NCBI RefSeq assembly: GCF_022045235.1
Contig: NW_027266319.1
Location: 26,226,001-26,290,000, forward strand
Length of the DNA: 64,000 bases
Origin: Haliotis cracherodii
Lineage: Eukaryota
Direction: 5' to 3'
Below the pieces are notes generated by a model. That model ran no database searches, was not told the DNA's origin, and saw only the letters and a program-made list of their open reading frames with translations. Positions 14,421 through 27,788 of the stretch are shown in pieces. A program made the position numbers and the translations under genes. Position 1 is the first letter of the stretch, and every line of letters begins with the position of its first letter.

Positions 14421-17400
14421 AGTCCTTCAGTACACCAGTGTCAGGTACCCAGTCCCTCAGTACACCAGTGTCAGGTACCCAGTCCCTCAGTGCATCAGTG
14501 TCAAGTACCCCAGTCCCTCAGTGCACCAGTGTCGGGTACCCCAGTCCCTCAGTGCACCAGTGTCAAGTACCTCAGTCCCTCAGTGCACCAGTGTCAGGTA
14601 CCTCAGTCCCTCAGTGCACCAGTGTCAAGTACCCCAGTCCCTCAGTGCACCAGTGTCAGGTACCCCAGTCCGTCAGTGCACCAGTGTCGGGTACCCCAGT
14701 CCGTCAGTGCACAGTGTCAAGTACCCCAGTCCGTCAGTGCACCAGTGTCAAGTACCCCAGTCCCTCAGTGCACCAGTGTCGGGTACCCCAGTCCCTCAGT
14801 GCACCAGTGTCAAGTACCCCAGTCCCTCAGTGCACCAGTGTCACGTACCCCAGTCCCTCAGTGCACCAGTGTCACGTACCCCAGTCCGTCAGTACACCAG
14901 TGTCAGGTACCCCAGTCCCTCAGTGCACCAGTGAGAGGTACCCCAGTCCCTCAGTGCACCAATGTAAGGTACCTCAGTACCTCAGTGCACCAGTGTCAGG
15001 TACCCAGTCCCTCAGTGCACCAGTGTCAGGTACCTCAGTCCCTCAGTGCACCAGTGTCAGGTACCCCAGTCCCTTAGTGCACCAGTGTCAGGTACCCCAG
15101 TCCCTCAGTACACCAGTGTCAGGTACCCCAGTCCCTCAGTGCATCAGTGTCAGGTACCCCAGTCCCTCAGTGCACCAGTGTCAGGTACCTCAGTCCCTCA
15201 GTGCACCAGTGTCAGGTACCCCAGTCCCTTAGTACACCAGTGTCAGGTACCCCAGTCCCTCAGTGCACCAGTGTCAGGTACCCCAGTCCGTCAGTGCACC
15301 AATGTCAGGTACCCCAGTCCCTCAGTGCACCAGTGTCAGGTACCCCAGTCCCTCAGTACACCAGTGTCAGGTACCCCAGTCCCTCAGTGCACCAGTGTCA
15401 GGTACCCCAGTCCGTCAGTGCACCAGTGTCAGGTACCCCAGTCCGTCAGTACACCAGTGTCAGGTACCTCAGTCCCTCAGTGCATCAGTGTCAGGTACCC
15501 CAGTCCCTCAGTGCACCAGTGTCAGGTACCTCAGTCCCTCAGTGCACCAGTGTCAGGTACCCCAGTCCCTCAGTGCATCAGTGTCAGGTACCCCAGTCCC
15601 TCAGTGCACCAATGTAAGGTACCTCAGTACCTCAGTGCACCAGTGTCAGGTACCCAGTCCCTCAGTGCACCAGTGTCAAGTACCCCAGTCCCTCAGTACA
15701 CCAGTGTCAGGTACCCAGTCCCTCAGTGCACCAGTGTCAGGTACCCAGTCCCTCAGTACACCAGTGTCAGGTACCTCAGTCCCTCAGTGCACCAGTGTCA
15801 GGTACCCCAGTCCTTTAGTGCACCAGTGTCAGGTACCCCAGTCCTTTAGTGCATCAGTGTCAGGTACCCCAGTCCGTCAGTGCACCAGTGTCGGGTACCC
15901 CAGTCCGTCAGTGCACCAGTGTCAGGTACCCCAGTCCGTCAGTGCACCAGTGTCAGGTACCCCAGTCCTTTAGTGCACCAGTGTCAGGTACCCCAGTCCC
16001 TCAGTGCACCAGTGTCGGGTACCCCAGTCCGTCAGTGCATCAGTGTCGGGTACCTCAGTCCCTCAGTGCACCAGTGTCAGGTACCCCAGTCCCTCAGTGC
16101 ACCAGTGTCGGGTACCCCAGTCCGTCAGTGCATCAGTGTCGGGTACCTCAGTCCCTCAGTGCACCAGTGTCGGGTACCCCAGTCCCTCAGTGCACCAGTG
16201 TCAGGTACCCCAGTCCCTCAGTGCACCAGTGTCGGGTACCCCAGTCCGTCAGTGCATCAGTGTCGGGTACCTCAGTCCCTCAGTGCACCAGTGTCAGGTA
16301 CCCCAGTCCCTCAGTGCACCAGTGTCGGGTACCCCAGTCCGTCAGTGCATCAGTGTCGGGTACCTCAGTCCCTCAGTGCACCAGTGTCGGGTACCCCAGT
16401 CCCTCAGTGCACCAGTGTCAGGTACCCCAGTCCCTCAGTGCACCAGTGTCGGGTACCCCAGTCCGTCAGTGCATCAGTGTCGGGTACCCCAGTCCGTCAG
16501 TGCATCAGTGTCAGGTACCCCAGTCCGTCAGTGCACCAGTGTCAGGTACCCCAGTCCTTTAGTGCACCAGTGTCAGGTACCCCAGTCCCTCAGTGCACCA
16601 GTGTCGGGTACCCCAGTCCGTCAGTGCATCAGTGTCGGGTACCTCAGTCCCTCAGTGCACCAGTGTCAGGTACCCCAGTCCCTCAGTGCACCAGTGTCGG
16701 GTACCCCAGTCCGTCAGTGCATCAGTGTCGGGTACCTCAGTCCCTCAGTGCACCAGTGTCGGGTACCCCAGTCCCTCAGTGCACCAGTGTCAGGTACCCC
16801 AGTCCCTCAGTGCACCAGTGTCGGGTACCCCAGTCCGTCAGTGCATCAGTGTCGGGTACCTCAGTCCCTCAGTGCACCAGTGTCAGGTACCCCAGTCCGT
16901 CAGTGCACCAGTGTCAGGTACCCCAGTCCTTTAGTGCACCAGTGTCAGGTACCCCAGTCCCTCAGTGCACCAGTGTCGGGTACCCCAGTCCGTCAGTGCA
17001 TCAGTGTCGGGTACCTCAGTCCCTCAGTGCACCAGTGTCAGGTACCCCAGTCCCTCAGTGCACCAGTGTCGGGTACCCCAGTCCGTCAGTGCATCAGTGT
17101 CGGGTACCTCAGTCCCTCAGTGCACCAGTGTCGGGTACCCCAGTCCGTCAGTGCACCAGTGTCGGGTACCCCAGTCCCTCAGTACACCAGTGTCACGTAC
17201 CCCAGTCCGTCAGTACACCAGTGTCAGGTACCCCAGTCCCTCAGTGCACCAGTGTCAGGTACCCCAGTCCCTCAGTGCATCAGTGTCACGTACCCCAGTC
17301 CCTCAGTACACCAGTGTCACGTACCCCAGTCCGTCAGTGCACCAGTGTCGGGTACCCCAGTCCGTCAGTGCACAGTGTCAAGTACCCCAGTCCGTCAGTG

Positions 17401-19870
17401 CACAGTGTCAAGTACCCCAGTCCGTCAGTGCATCAGTGTCAAGTACCCCAGTCCCTCAGTGCACAGTGTCAAGTACCCCAGTCCCTCAGTGCATCAGTGT
17501 CACGTACCCCAGTCCGTCAGTGCACCAGTGTCGGGTACCCCAGTCCCTCAGTGCATCAGTGTCAGGTACCTCAGTCCCTCAGTGCACCAGTGTCAGGTAC
17601 CTCAGTCCCTCAGTGCATCAGTGTCAGGTACCTCAGTCCCTCAGTGCATCAGTGTCAGGTACCTCAGTCCCTCAGTGCATCAGTGTCAGGTACCTCAGTC
17701 CCTCAGTGCATCAGTGTCAGGTACCCCAGTCCCTCAGTGCACCAGTGTCAAGTACCCCAGTCCCTCAGTGCACCAGTGTCAGGTACCCCAGTCCGTCAGT
17801 GCACCAGTGTCGGGTACCCCAGTCCCTCAGTGCATCAGTATCAGGTACCTCAGCCCCTCAGTGCACCAATGTAAGGTACCTCAGTCCCTCAGTGCACCAG
17901 TGTCAGGTACCCCAGTCCCTCAGTACACCAGTGTCAGGTACCCCAGTCCCTCAGTACACCAGTGTCAGGTACCCCAGTCCCTCAGTACACCAGTGTCAGG
18001 TACCTCAGTCCGTCAGTGCACCAGTGTCAGGTACCCCAGTCCCTCAGTACACCAGTGTCGGGTACCCCAGTCCCTCAGTACACCAGTGTCAGGTACCCCA
18101 GTCCCTCAGTACACCAGTGTCAGGTACCCCAGTCCCTCAGTACACCAGTGTCAGGTACCCAGTCCCTCAGTGCACCAGTGTCAGGTACCCAATCCCTCAG
18201 TACACCAGTGTCAGGTACCCCAGTCCCTCAGTACACCAGTGTCAGGTACCCCAGTCCCTCAGTACACCAGTGTCAGGTACCCCAGTCCCTCAGTGCACCA
18301 GTGTCGGGTACCCCAGTCCCTCAGTACACCAGTGTCACGTACCCCAGTCCCTCAGTACACCAGTGTCAGGTACCCCAGTCCCTCAGTGTCACCAGTGTCA
18401 GGTACCTCAGTCCCTCAGTACACCAGTGTCAGGTACCCCAGTCCCTCAGTACACCAGTGTCAGGTACCCAGTCCTTCAGTGCACCAGTGTCAGGTACCCA
18501 GTCCCTCAGTACACCAGTGTCAGGTACCCCAGTCCCTCAGTACACCAGTGTCAGGTACCCCAGTCCCTCAGTACACCAGTGTCAGGTACCCCAGTCCCTC
18601 AGTGCACCAGTGTCGGGTACCCCAGTCCCTCAGTACACCAGTGTCACGTACCCCAGTCCCTCAGTACACCAGTGTCAGGTACCCCAGTCCCTCAGTGTCA
18701 CCAGTGTCAGGTACCTCAGTCCCTCAGTACACCAGTGTCAGGTACCCCAGTCCCTCAGTGCACCAGTGTCAGGTACCCCAGTCCCTCAGTACACCAGTGT
18801 CAGGTACCCAGTCCCTTAGTGCACCAGTGTCAGGTACCCAGTCCCTCAGTGCACCAATGTCAGGTACCCCAGTCCCTCAGTACACCAGTGTCAGGTACCC
18901 CAGTCCCTCAGTGTCACCAGTGTCAGGTACCTCAGTCCCTTAGTGCACCAGTGTCAGGTACCCCAGTCCCTCAGTGCACCAGTGTCGGGTACCCCAGTCC
19001 CTCAGTACACCAGTGTCAGGTACCCAGTCCCTCAGTGCACCAATGTCGGGTACCCCAGTCCCTCAGTGCACCAGTGTCAGGTACCCCAGTCCCTCAGTGC
19101 ACCAGTGTCAGGTACCCCAGTCCGTCAGTGCACCAGTGTCAGGTACCTCAGTCCCTCAGTGCACCAATGTCAGGTACCCCAGTCCCTCAGTGCACCAGTG
19201 TCAGGTACCCCAGTCCCTCAGTGCACCAATGTCAGGTACCCCAGTCCCTCAGTACACCAGTGTCAGGTACCCCAGTCCCTCAGTGCACCAATGTCAGGTA
19301 CCCCAGTCCCTCAGTGCACCAGTGTCAGGTACCCCAGTCCGTCAGTGCACCAGTGTCAGGTACCTCAGTCCCTCAGTGCACCAGTGTCAGGTACCCCAGT
19401 CCGTCAGTGCACCAGTGTCAGGTACCTCAGTCCCTCAGTGCACCAGTGTCAGGTACCCCAGTCCCTCAGTGCACCAGTGTCAGGTACCTCAGTCCCTCAG
19501 TACACCAGTGTCAGGTACCTCAGTCCCTCAGTGCACCAATGTCGGGTACCCCAGTCCGTCAGTGCACCAGTGTCAGGTACCTCAGCCCCTCAGTGCACCA
19601 GTGTCAGGTACCTCAGCCCCTCAGTTCACCAGTGACAGGTACCCCAGTCCCTCAGTACACCAGTGTAAGGTACCCCAGTCCCTCAGTACACCAGTGTCAG
19701 GTACCCCAGTCCGTCAGTGCACCAGTGTCAGGTACCTCAGCCCCTCAGTGCACCAGTGTCAGGTACCTCAGCCCCTCAGTGCACCAGTGTAAGGTACCTC
19801 AGTCCCTCAGTGCACCAGTGTCAGGTACCCAGTCCCTCAGTGCACCAATGTCAGGTACCCCAGTCCCTCA
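14421..19870 (+). repeat. Satellite array 1: 31-bp monomer, ~175 copies; degenerate edge to ~20310
   Basis: Monomer CAGTCCCTCAGTGCACCAGTGTCAGGTACCC = 16-bp + 15-bp related half-units, with occasional 29-30-bp variants. Confidence 0.97.
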
Positions 19871-20309
19871 GTCCCACAATGGTGCGTTGGTGCCTTGGTG
19901 TCAAGTACATCAATGTGCAGACTCTATGTATCAGTTCCGGTTCCATGTACCCCTTCATCCATTTTCTCAGTGCAGAGTCCAGAGCCACAGTGTCAAATAC
20001 CAAAGCGTCCAGTCCTAAAGTGTCAATTGTCTTCAGTAGCCCTGTGTCCAGTAACCCAGCGTTCAGAACCACTGCGTCCAGTGTCTCATTTACAGGCACC
20101 CATGGGTTCAGTGCCTCAGTGTCACAATGTCAGTGTCTGTTCGCATACCGTGTCTAGCATCTCAGTGTCAGGTACTCATGGCCAGTGTCCATGCTCAATG
20201 TGCAGGACCTCGATACTTCAGTGACCATTGCTTCAGAATCCAGTGCCTCTGGAGATTGTACGCTGTGTGTCCAGTATCTCAGTGTCCGTGGTCGGTCTCC
20301 AGTAATCCG

Positions 20310-21045
20310 CTAAAGTACAGATCAACCTTCAGTTCACATAAAACAAAAGTCATTTTAACACAAGTCGCAACTAACGCTATTAACGATCATTTAGTGTCAT
20401 CACGATGTTCACAGGGGTCCGTCCAGTCCAAGATTTTAGATATCACAACCGTGTGAAGGCTTTCTTGGCTCACCTACAGTGTAGTCGTGGTTCAGCATGT
20501 CTTCATTATATACTTTAAACTTCAGATCTTGGCAATCTATTTTCAGTAGGCGATAATCCACAATGACAAATACCGCTGCCATGAAAGGAACTGACATCCG
20601 CACACCGGTTATATGATGTAATTTCTATTGATCGCGCCAAATATACACCTCGCATAAACTACAAAAACACTGTTAAGAAGTCCTACTTTAATGAGAATAC
20701 ATGACAGAGTCGTTTGAAGTCTATGCTTTATGATATCATATACATGACGAATTTGCAAATACCGCTGACGCCTTGGTTAAGGTTTTAAGATAAAAAGGAA
20801 TTCGTGTTTGGCATAGCCATTAAATCAACGCGCATTGAAAGTACAAAAACATACTTTGATTTGTCGTGATTGCAACATGCTATATCTGTCTGATCGGATG
20901 AATGTTTGCACTGATCTATTCGCTTACGTAATTGTGTATTCAGACCAATGTAGGGCAGCCCAGAACTTCAGGGTGACGTTTAAGGAAAATGTACAGTTTT
21001 CCAGGTTTTCGAATCACGTAAAGTATTAATAGTGTTTAGGTGTTA
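20310..21045. repeat. Module block A, copy 1 (also ~26335-26960 and ~41885-42650)
   Basis: The conserved stretch AACTTCAGATCTTGGCAAT...GCTGCCATGAAA.GAACTGACATCC.CACACCGGTTATAT follows each of the three satellite arrays. Confidence 0.9.
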
Positions 21046-21399
21046 TTTTGTCATGTTTGACAATGTTAATGTTATGGTGTATTTATTCTCTATTAAATAT
21101 ACAATTAAGCATATTTCAGTATTATTCTGGTGGGTAAAAAGGGACTCCTCTATGGCCCCTTAATTCGTTCGTTCATATGTTTGTAAATGTCTGTAAATAA
21201 TCGAGTCTGATCTGGACACGATGACACGCATCAAACAGGTCAGCGAGCCTGACCACCCGATACCGTTATTCGCTTATTGCGACAAACACATTCGCCTCTT
21301 ACGGCTAGCATGTGTTGCTGAAGACCTATTCTAACCCGGATATTCATGGGTTTAATATTGGGACACGTCCACGTCATTTGGGTGTGATGACCTCCTAGG

Positions 21400-22310
21400 A
21401 CCGAGCCTGACCATCCGATCCTTTTATGGCCAGCATAGGTACCGGGGATCAATTCTAACCCGACAAGTAAGGAGAATGAACATAAGACAAACAGGTTCCC
21501 CTGCCTGTTCACTCATACCCACAAAGCTGTTTTTCTCCTCAACATGACATTTGGTGTCAGAATGTGCCCACAAGCGTCGGAATTAGCTTTATATGAGTGT
21601 GAATTACAGATGTAATGAAATAAAGAGAAGATGACTACCATTGAAAGGCTCCTTCAGATTGGATTCAAAATTAAAGTGTAATATCAAACAGAATTCCCTT
21701 GTTGGTGCTTCATGAATCAAACATGGCAGATTTTAATATTGTATTTGATGATGCTTCTTGAAGTGCAATTTCCCTCAGCAAAAAGGGAAAACATTGAATA
21801 ATCGACTCACACTCTTACAAGTCAATGTAAGATGTACAATACAAATGTTTCTTTGACAAATGCACATGCAAGAGAGGTGGAATGTCTTTGGCGGTCTTGA
21901 TTTATCAATAAGTGGTCCATACAATTGATATGTACTTTGTTGGGAATCCTTGACTTTCGCTTCTTTTCAAAACATTATTAACTAGCTGTGTAGTCACGTA
22001 ATTAGATGTTCAAAGGAGATGTATTTAAAAGGTTTTGTCGTATGGCATTTCGTTTTTAGAACTCAGTTTTACAGCAGTTGGATATTTTCTTCCACACTGG
22101 CGTGTCACATCGGGTTGCAAGTGAATTACTCTTAAAAGTGGCGTTATGTCCAACTCCCACGCTCACTCACTTGAGTGAACATTTCAAAGTAATTTCACCT
22201 TTTTCCTTAATTGGGATATATTTTAGGTACACGTTCAGCGATCATCGGTCAGTGATCAGCCATCAACGATCAACAGGAATTATGGGCACATTCAACATTT
22301 TGGCAAAAGA
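21400..22310. repeat. Module block B, copy 1 (also ~29220-30115, partial ~30960-31470, and ~43400-44080)
   Basis: Shared GTGTCAGAATGTGCCCACAA.CGTC...GGATTCAAAATTA.AGTGTAATATCAAAC...GATTTATCAA...GTGGTCC.TACAATT. Confidence 0.88.
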
Positions 22311-22345
22311 CTGCTTATGTATTCAAAATTCAAAATCATTTAAAA

Positions 22346-22530
22346 TACAGTAGAACACGGATAGAGCGAACACACGGATACAACGAACTGTTAAAAAATC
22401 CCCGATTTATCTCCTATAGATTATCATACATAATTTTATTTTCATAACGGACTCTCTACAGCGAACTAACGTATATAGCGAACTGATATGTGATCACTAC
22501 CACTAATTAGTGATGTGTATAGCGAACTGA
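22346..22530 (+). mobile_element. Possible left end of a Tc1/pogo-type MITE
   Basis: Begins TA|CAGTAGAACACGGATAGAGCGAAC with repeated (T)AGCGAAC subterminal motifs. No matching right end was found. Confidence 0.35.
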
Positions 22531-22542
22531 GAAATCTCACTC

Positions 22543-22699
22543 AGTGAGTGAGTGAGGTTTTACGCCGTTTTTAGCAGTATTCCAGCAATATTACGACGGG
22601 GGACACCAGAAATGGGCTTCACACATTGTACCCATGTCGGGAATCGAACTCGGGGCTTCGGCGTGACGAGCGAACGCTTTAATAACTAGGCTACCCGAC
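22543..22699 (-). mobile_element. tRNA-derived SINE with (CACT)n tail
   Basis: Reverse complement has an A box (TAGCCTAGTTA), a B box (GTTCGATTCCC) and the same body as 30230-30398. Confidence 0.85.
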
Positions 22700-22899
22700 A
22701 CTCAATGTCCAGAGTCACTGCTTTAGGCAATATTCAATCAGAAGCGAATCAACGCAATCTCTGATGACGATTCAACCTTGTCAAACTTGCATTATGTTAC
22801 TTTTACCTGGCCATGTAATTGGACTAATCTTGTCTGTAAAACAAGCAAATTTCATTCAATAATTTGATATATGCAAATGATAGCGTCAAATCGCATTTC

Positions 22900-23200
22900 T
22901 TATCATCTGAACCAGATTCCGTGGTTGAACTGTGGTGACTAATTATAAAATCACACACCGTCTACCTCCATCCTGTATATACATCCCCATCATGAACTTA
23001 GCAACCCAAGGTTTCCTCCTTCAGATATATAGCCTCATCACTTTTAACGCCACCAACACCCGGATAATATATTGGTTTTATACGTATTATAAGGGCAGCT
23101 ATTAACATTACACTGATTGTTTCTTCGGACTCCTCTGAGATTTGCCTCATAAGGCAAGACCTGTCCTAGGCTGTTTTATAGCCAGCAGACAAATAAGGTT
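22900..23200. repeat. Module block C, copy 1 (also ~32230-33050 and ~45430-46290 plus ~47790-47870)
   Basis: Shared CAGATTCCGT...GTTTTATACGTATTATAAG...TTCTTCGGACTCCTCTGAGATTT...GCAAGA.CTGT.CT. Confidence 0.88.
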
Positions 23201-23389
23201 TTGGTTTGGTTTGGTTTGGTTTGTTGTTTAACGCCGCACTGAACAATATTCCAGCTATATGACGGCGGTCTGTAAATTATCAAGTCTGGACCAGACAATC
23301 CAGTGAATGAGGTACTGACAATGCAGCAAGTGAAATCAACAATTAATGCTCTTTTTTCATGTTTAAGTATCATCATTAACACCTATTGA

Positions 23390-23775
23390 AGCAGTAGTAG
23401 TTCTAGCAGTAGTAGTTGTTGTTGTAGTGGTGGCAGTGATAGTGTTTGTGGTTGTGGTGGTGGCAGTGATAGTGATTGTGGTGGTGGCAGTGATAATGGT
23501 GGTGGTGGTGGTGGTGGTGATGGCAGTGGTAGTGTTTGTGGTTGTGGTGGTGGCAGTGATAGTGGTCTTGGTGATGGCAGTGATAGTGTTTGTGGTTGTG
23601 GTGGTGGCAGTGATAGTGGTTAATGTGGTGGTGGTGGTGGTGGTGGCAGTGATAGTTTAGGTGGTGGTGTTGTTGTTGGTAATTATAGTAGTGGAAGCAG
23701 TTGTGGCGGTGGTAGCAGTGAAAGTGGTGGTTGTGGTGGCAGTGATAGTGGTTGTGGTGCTACAGTGATGGTGGT
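23390..23775. repeat. Compound (GTG/GTA/GCA)n trinucleotide repeat; equivalent tracts at 33058-33172 and 47880-47910
   Basis: Directly visible. Same position in each module, followed by a shared short block (TGATTATATCCTTTT / TGACGACATCCTTTT). Confidence 0.9.
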
Positions 23776-23882
23776 TATAATTTTATGTCAGCTTTATCGT
23801 AATGGTTGAGTTTGATTATATCCTTTTCGAACTATTGGAATCTTGTTTTCCCCTTTTTAAACATGATTTGTTTAGAAAACTG

Positions 23883-26330
23883 ACCTCAGTATCCTGTATC
23901 TCATTGTCCAATACGTCCAGCGTCTTAGTGTCCAGTATCTCAGTGTCCAGTGTCCAGTATCTCAGTGTCCAGTGTCCAGTATCTCAGTGTTTCAGTGTCT
24001 CAGTTACCAGGTGCTCAGTTTCCAGTTTCTCAGTGTCTGATATCCCAGTGTCCAGTATCTCAGTGTCCAGTATCTCAGTGCCCAGTACATCAGTGTCCAG
24101 TATCTCGGTGTCCAGTGTCCAGTATCTCAGTGTCCAGTACATCAGTGTCCAGTATCTCAGTGTCCAGTATCTTAGTGTCCAGTATCTCATTGTCCAGTAC
24201 ATGAGTGTCCAGTATCTCAGTGTCCAGTATCTCAGTGTCCAGTACATCAGTGTCCAGTATCTCAGTGTCCAGTACATCAGTGTCCAGTATCTCAGTGTCC
24301 AGTACATCAGTGTCCAGTATCTCAGTGTCCAGTATCTCAGTGTCCAGTGTCTCGGTGTCCAGTATCTCAGTGTACAGTATCTCGGTGTCCAGTGTCCAGT
24401 ATCTCAGTGTCCAGTACATCAGTGTCCAGTACATCAGTGTCCAGTATCTTAGTGTCCAGTATCTCGGTGTCCAGTGTCCAGTGTCTCAGTGTCCAGTACA
24501 TCAGTGTCCAGTATCTTAGTGTCCAGTATCTCATTGTCCAGTACATCAGTGTCCAGTATCTCAGTGTCCAGTATCTCAGTGTCCAGTACATCAGTGTCCA
24601 GTATCTCAGTGTCCAGTACATCAGTGTCCAGTATCTCAGTGTCCAGTATCTCAGTGTCCAGTGTCCAGTATCTCAGTGTCCAGTATCCAGTATCTCAGTG
24701 TCCAGTATCTCAGTGTCCAGTACATCAGTGTCCAGTATCTCAGTGTCCAGTATCTTAGTGTCCAGTATCTCATTGTCCAGTACATCAGTGTCCAGTATCT
24801 CAGTTTCCAGTATCTCAGTGTCCAGTACATCAGTGTCCAGTATCTCAGTGTCCAGTACATCAGTGTCCAGTATCTCAGTGTCCAGTATCTCAGTGTCCAG
24901 TGTCCAGTATCTCAGTGTCCAGTATCTCAGTGTCCAGTACATCAGTGTCCAGTATCTCAGTGTCCAGTACATCAGTGTACAGTATCTCAGTGTCCAGTAT
25001 CTCAGTGTCCAGTACATCAGTGTCCAGTATCTCAGTGTCCAGTGTCCAGTATCTCAGTGTCCAGTACATCAGTGTCCAGTAACTCAGTGTCCAGTACATC
25101 AGTGTCCAGTACATCAGTGTCCAGTACATCAGTGTCCAGGTGCTCAGTTTCCAGTTTCTCAGTGTCCGGTATCTCAGTGTCCAGTATCTCAGTGTCCAGT
25201 ATCTCAGTGTCCAGTACATCAGTGTCCAGTATCTCAGTGTCCAGTGTCCATTATCTCAGTGTCCAGTATCTCAGTGTCCAGTACATCAGAGTCCAGTATC
25301 TCAGTGTCCAGTACATCAGTGTACAGTATCTCAGTGTCCAGTATCTCAGTGTCCAGTACATCAGTGTCCAGTATCTCAGTGTCTAGTACATCAGTGTCCA
25401 GTATCTCAGTGTCCAGTATCTCAGTGTCCAGTACATCAGTGTCCAGTATCTCAGTGTCTAGTACATCAGTGTCCAGTATCTCAGTGTCCAGTATCTCAGT
25501 GTCCAGTGTCCAGTATCTCAGTGTCCAGTATCTCAGTGTCCAGTACATCAGTGTCCAGTATCTCAGTGTCCAGTATCTTAGTGTCCAGTATCTCATTGTC
25601 CAGTACATCAGTGTCCAGTATCTCAGTGTCCAGTATCTCAGTGTCCAGTACATCAGTGTCCAGTATCTCAGTGTCCAGTGCATCAGTGTCCAGTACATCA
25701 GTGTACAGTACATCAGTGTCCAGTATCTCAGTGTCCAGTACATCAGTGTCCAGTGCATCAGTGTCCAGTACATCAGTGTACAGTATCTCAGTGTCCAGTA
25801 TCTCATTGTCCAGTACATCAGTGTCCAGTATCTCAGTGTCCAGTGTCCAGTATCTCAGTGTCCAGTACATCAGTGTCCAGTACATCAGTGTCCAGTACAT
25901 CAGTGCCCAGTACATCAGTGTCCAGGTGCTCAGTTTCCAGTTTCTCAGTGTCCGGTATCTCAGTGTCCAGTGTCCATTATCTCAGTGTCCATTATCTCAG
26001 TGTCCAGTATCTCAGTGTCCAGTACATCAGTGTCCAGTACATCAGTGTCCAGTTCATCAGTGTCCAGTACATCAGTGTCCAGGTGCTCAGTTTCCAGTTT
26101 CTTAGTGTCCGGTATCTCAGTGTCCAGTATCTCAGCGTTTCAGGGTCTCCGTTTCCAGTTTCTCATTGTCCGGGTACCCAGTGTCCATCCAGTACCCCAT
26201 TGTCAGATATCGCACTGTCCAGTGCCTCTGTGTCCACTGCATCTTTGTCCAGTATCTGTGTTCCGATCATCCAGTACTATGATTCTCGTATCACTGTGCC
26301 TAGCACCGCAGTTTCAGATACCACAATATA
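23883..26330 (+). repeat. Satellite array 2: 15-bp monomer CAGTGTCCAGTATCT/CAGTGTCCAGTACAT with interspersed 7-bp CAGTGTC slips
   Basis: Homogeneous core ~23930-26135 with degenerate edges. Confidence 0.97.
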
Positions 26331-27097
26331 CCACTAAAGTACAAATCAGTCTTTATTCACGTAAAACAAATGTCATTCTAAGACTTTTTTCGACTGACAC
26401 ATTGAAAGATAAGTAGTACCATCACCTTGTTCGAACCTTGGCAAATATTTTCAACAGTTAGATCTACACATACTTTGAACTTCAGATCTTGGCAATCTAT
26501 TTTCAGTAGGGGATAATCCACAATGGCGAATACTGCTGCCATGAAAAGAACTGACATCCTCACACCGGTTATATAATGTAATTGCTATTGATCGCACCAA
26601 ATACACACCTCGCATAAACTATAAAAACTCTCTTAAGAATGAGAATATCTATTGAGAATACACGCCAGAGTCGTTTGAAGTCTATGCTTTATGATATCAT
26701 GTAAATGACGAATTTGTAAATATAGCTGACGCGCATTGAAAGTTCAAAAAACATACTTTGATTTGTCGTGATTGTGACAAACTGTCTGATCGGATGAACG
26801 TATGCATTGATATATTCTCTTACGTAATTGTGTATTTAGAGCAATGTACTGCAGAGAGAACTTCAGGGTAACGTTCAAGAAAAATGTACATATTTACAGG
26901 ATATCGAAACAAGGAAAGTATTAATAGTGTTTAGGTGTTAACCTCTTCAAATGCTTAGAAAAACGTGTGTAGTTTCTTTTATTTGTGTTATCATCTATAG
27001 TGTGCCTAAAATATACAATTAACAATAATAATTATTCATATGTAACATCAACATTCATTAAATACTAATACTTCAATTGACGTTCTTGGATACTCGG

Positions 27098-27270
27098 CGG
27101 GGCGGTGGGGTAGCTTTGTGGTTAAAGCGTTTGCTCGCCACGCCGAAGACGGGTGGAATTGTTGGATTATTGCTAAAAACGGCGTAAAACCATACTCACT
27201 CACTCACTCACTCACTCACTCACTCACTCACTCACTCACTCACCCACTCACTCACTCATTCACTCACTCG
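27098..27270 (+). mobile_element. Internally deleted tRNA-derived SINE with expanded (CACT)n tail
   Basis: The head GGGGTAGCTTTGTGGTTAAAGCGTTTGCTCGCCACGCCGAAGAC joins directly to the 3' body GCTAAAAACGGCGTAAAACCATACTCACTC... Confidence 0.8.
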
Positions 27271-27788
27271 AGACACAGCGGATACCGACATCTGGTGTTA
27301 ATGTTAATGCGACTATTTCTGCAATGGAAATGCGTGGGAACAAACTACACTTTCGAGAGGTTAACACAAAACACCTTAAACCGTTTAATTCATATCTGGA
27401 TCACTCTTCTTGTACGGTAGGCGGTTTTAGTGTGGTTTGATGAAAGTAGGTGAGACATTGTATTTGCCTCCTGTTTTATAAGTAATCACTGCGGGCACAC
27501 AATACACAACAGAAACAATTCAACATTTGTGTCGAATTCTCGGATGCTGGCGAGTCTGAGGGATACACCTTTGCACATTGAATCTGGGCGCATTGGGCGC
27601 CAGTAGTCCACGTGTGCCCCTTCATAAAATTTTGTTCCTCCGTATGTTTGTTTGTTTGTTTGTTGTTGAAAGCCGCCCACGGCAATAATCCAGCTATATG
27701 ACTACCTGTAAATAAACGAGTCTGAACCAGACAATCCTGTGATCGATATTGTGAGCATCGAACCACATCGATGGGGTACGATGACACC

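Noticed and set aside
14355-20018. Very long plus-strand ORFs (up to 1017 aa; PQSLSAPVSGTPVPQCTSVRYPSPSVHQCQV repeats)
   Set aside because: A stop-free 31-bp monomer gives the same 31-aa repeat in all three frames, with frequent frameshifting 29/30-bp variants and no unique domains. Satellite artefact.
23427-23660. Poly-Val 'membrane protein' ORF
   Set aside because: Translation of a (GTG)n microsatellite.
23802-26416. Ser/Val-, QYLSV- and QCPVS-rich ORFs and antisense TLRYW ORFs
   Set aside because: 15-bp satellite translations that switch frame at 7-bp slips, with no consistent coding frame.
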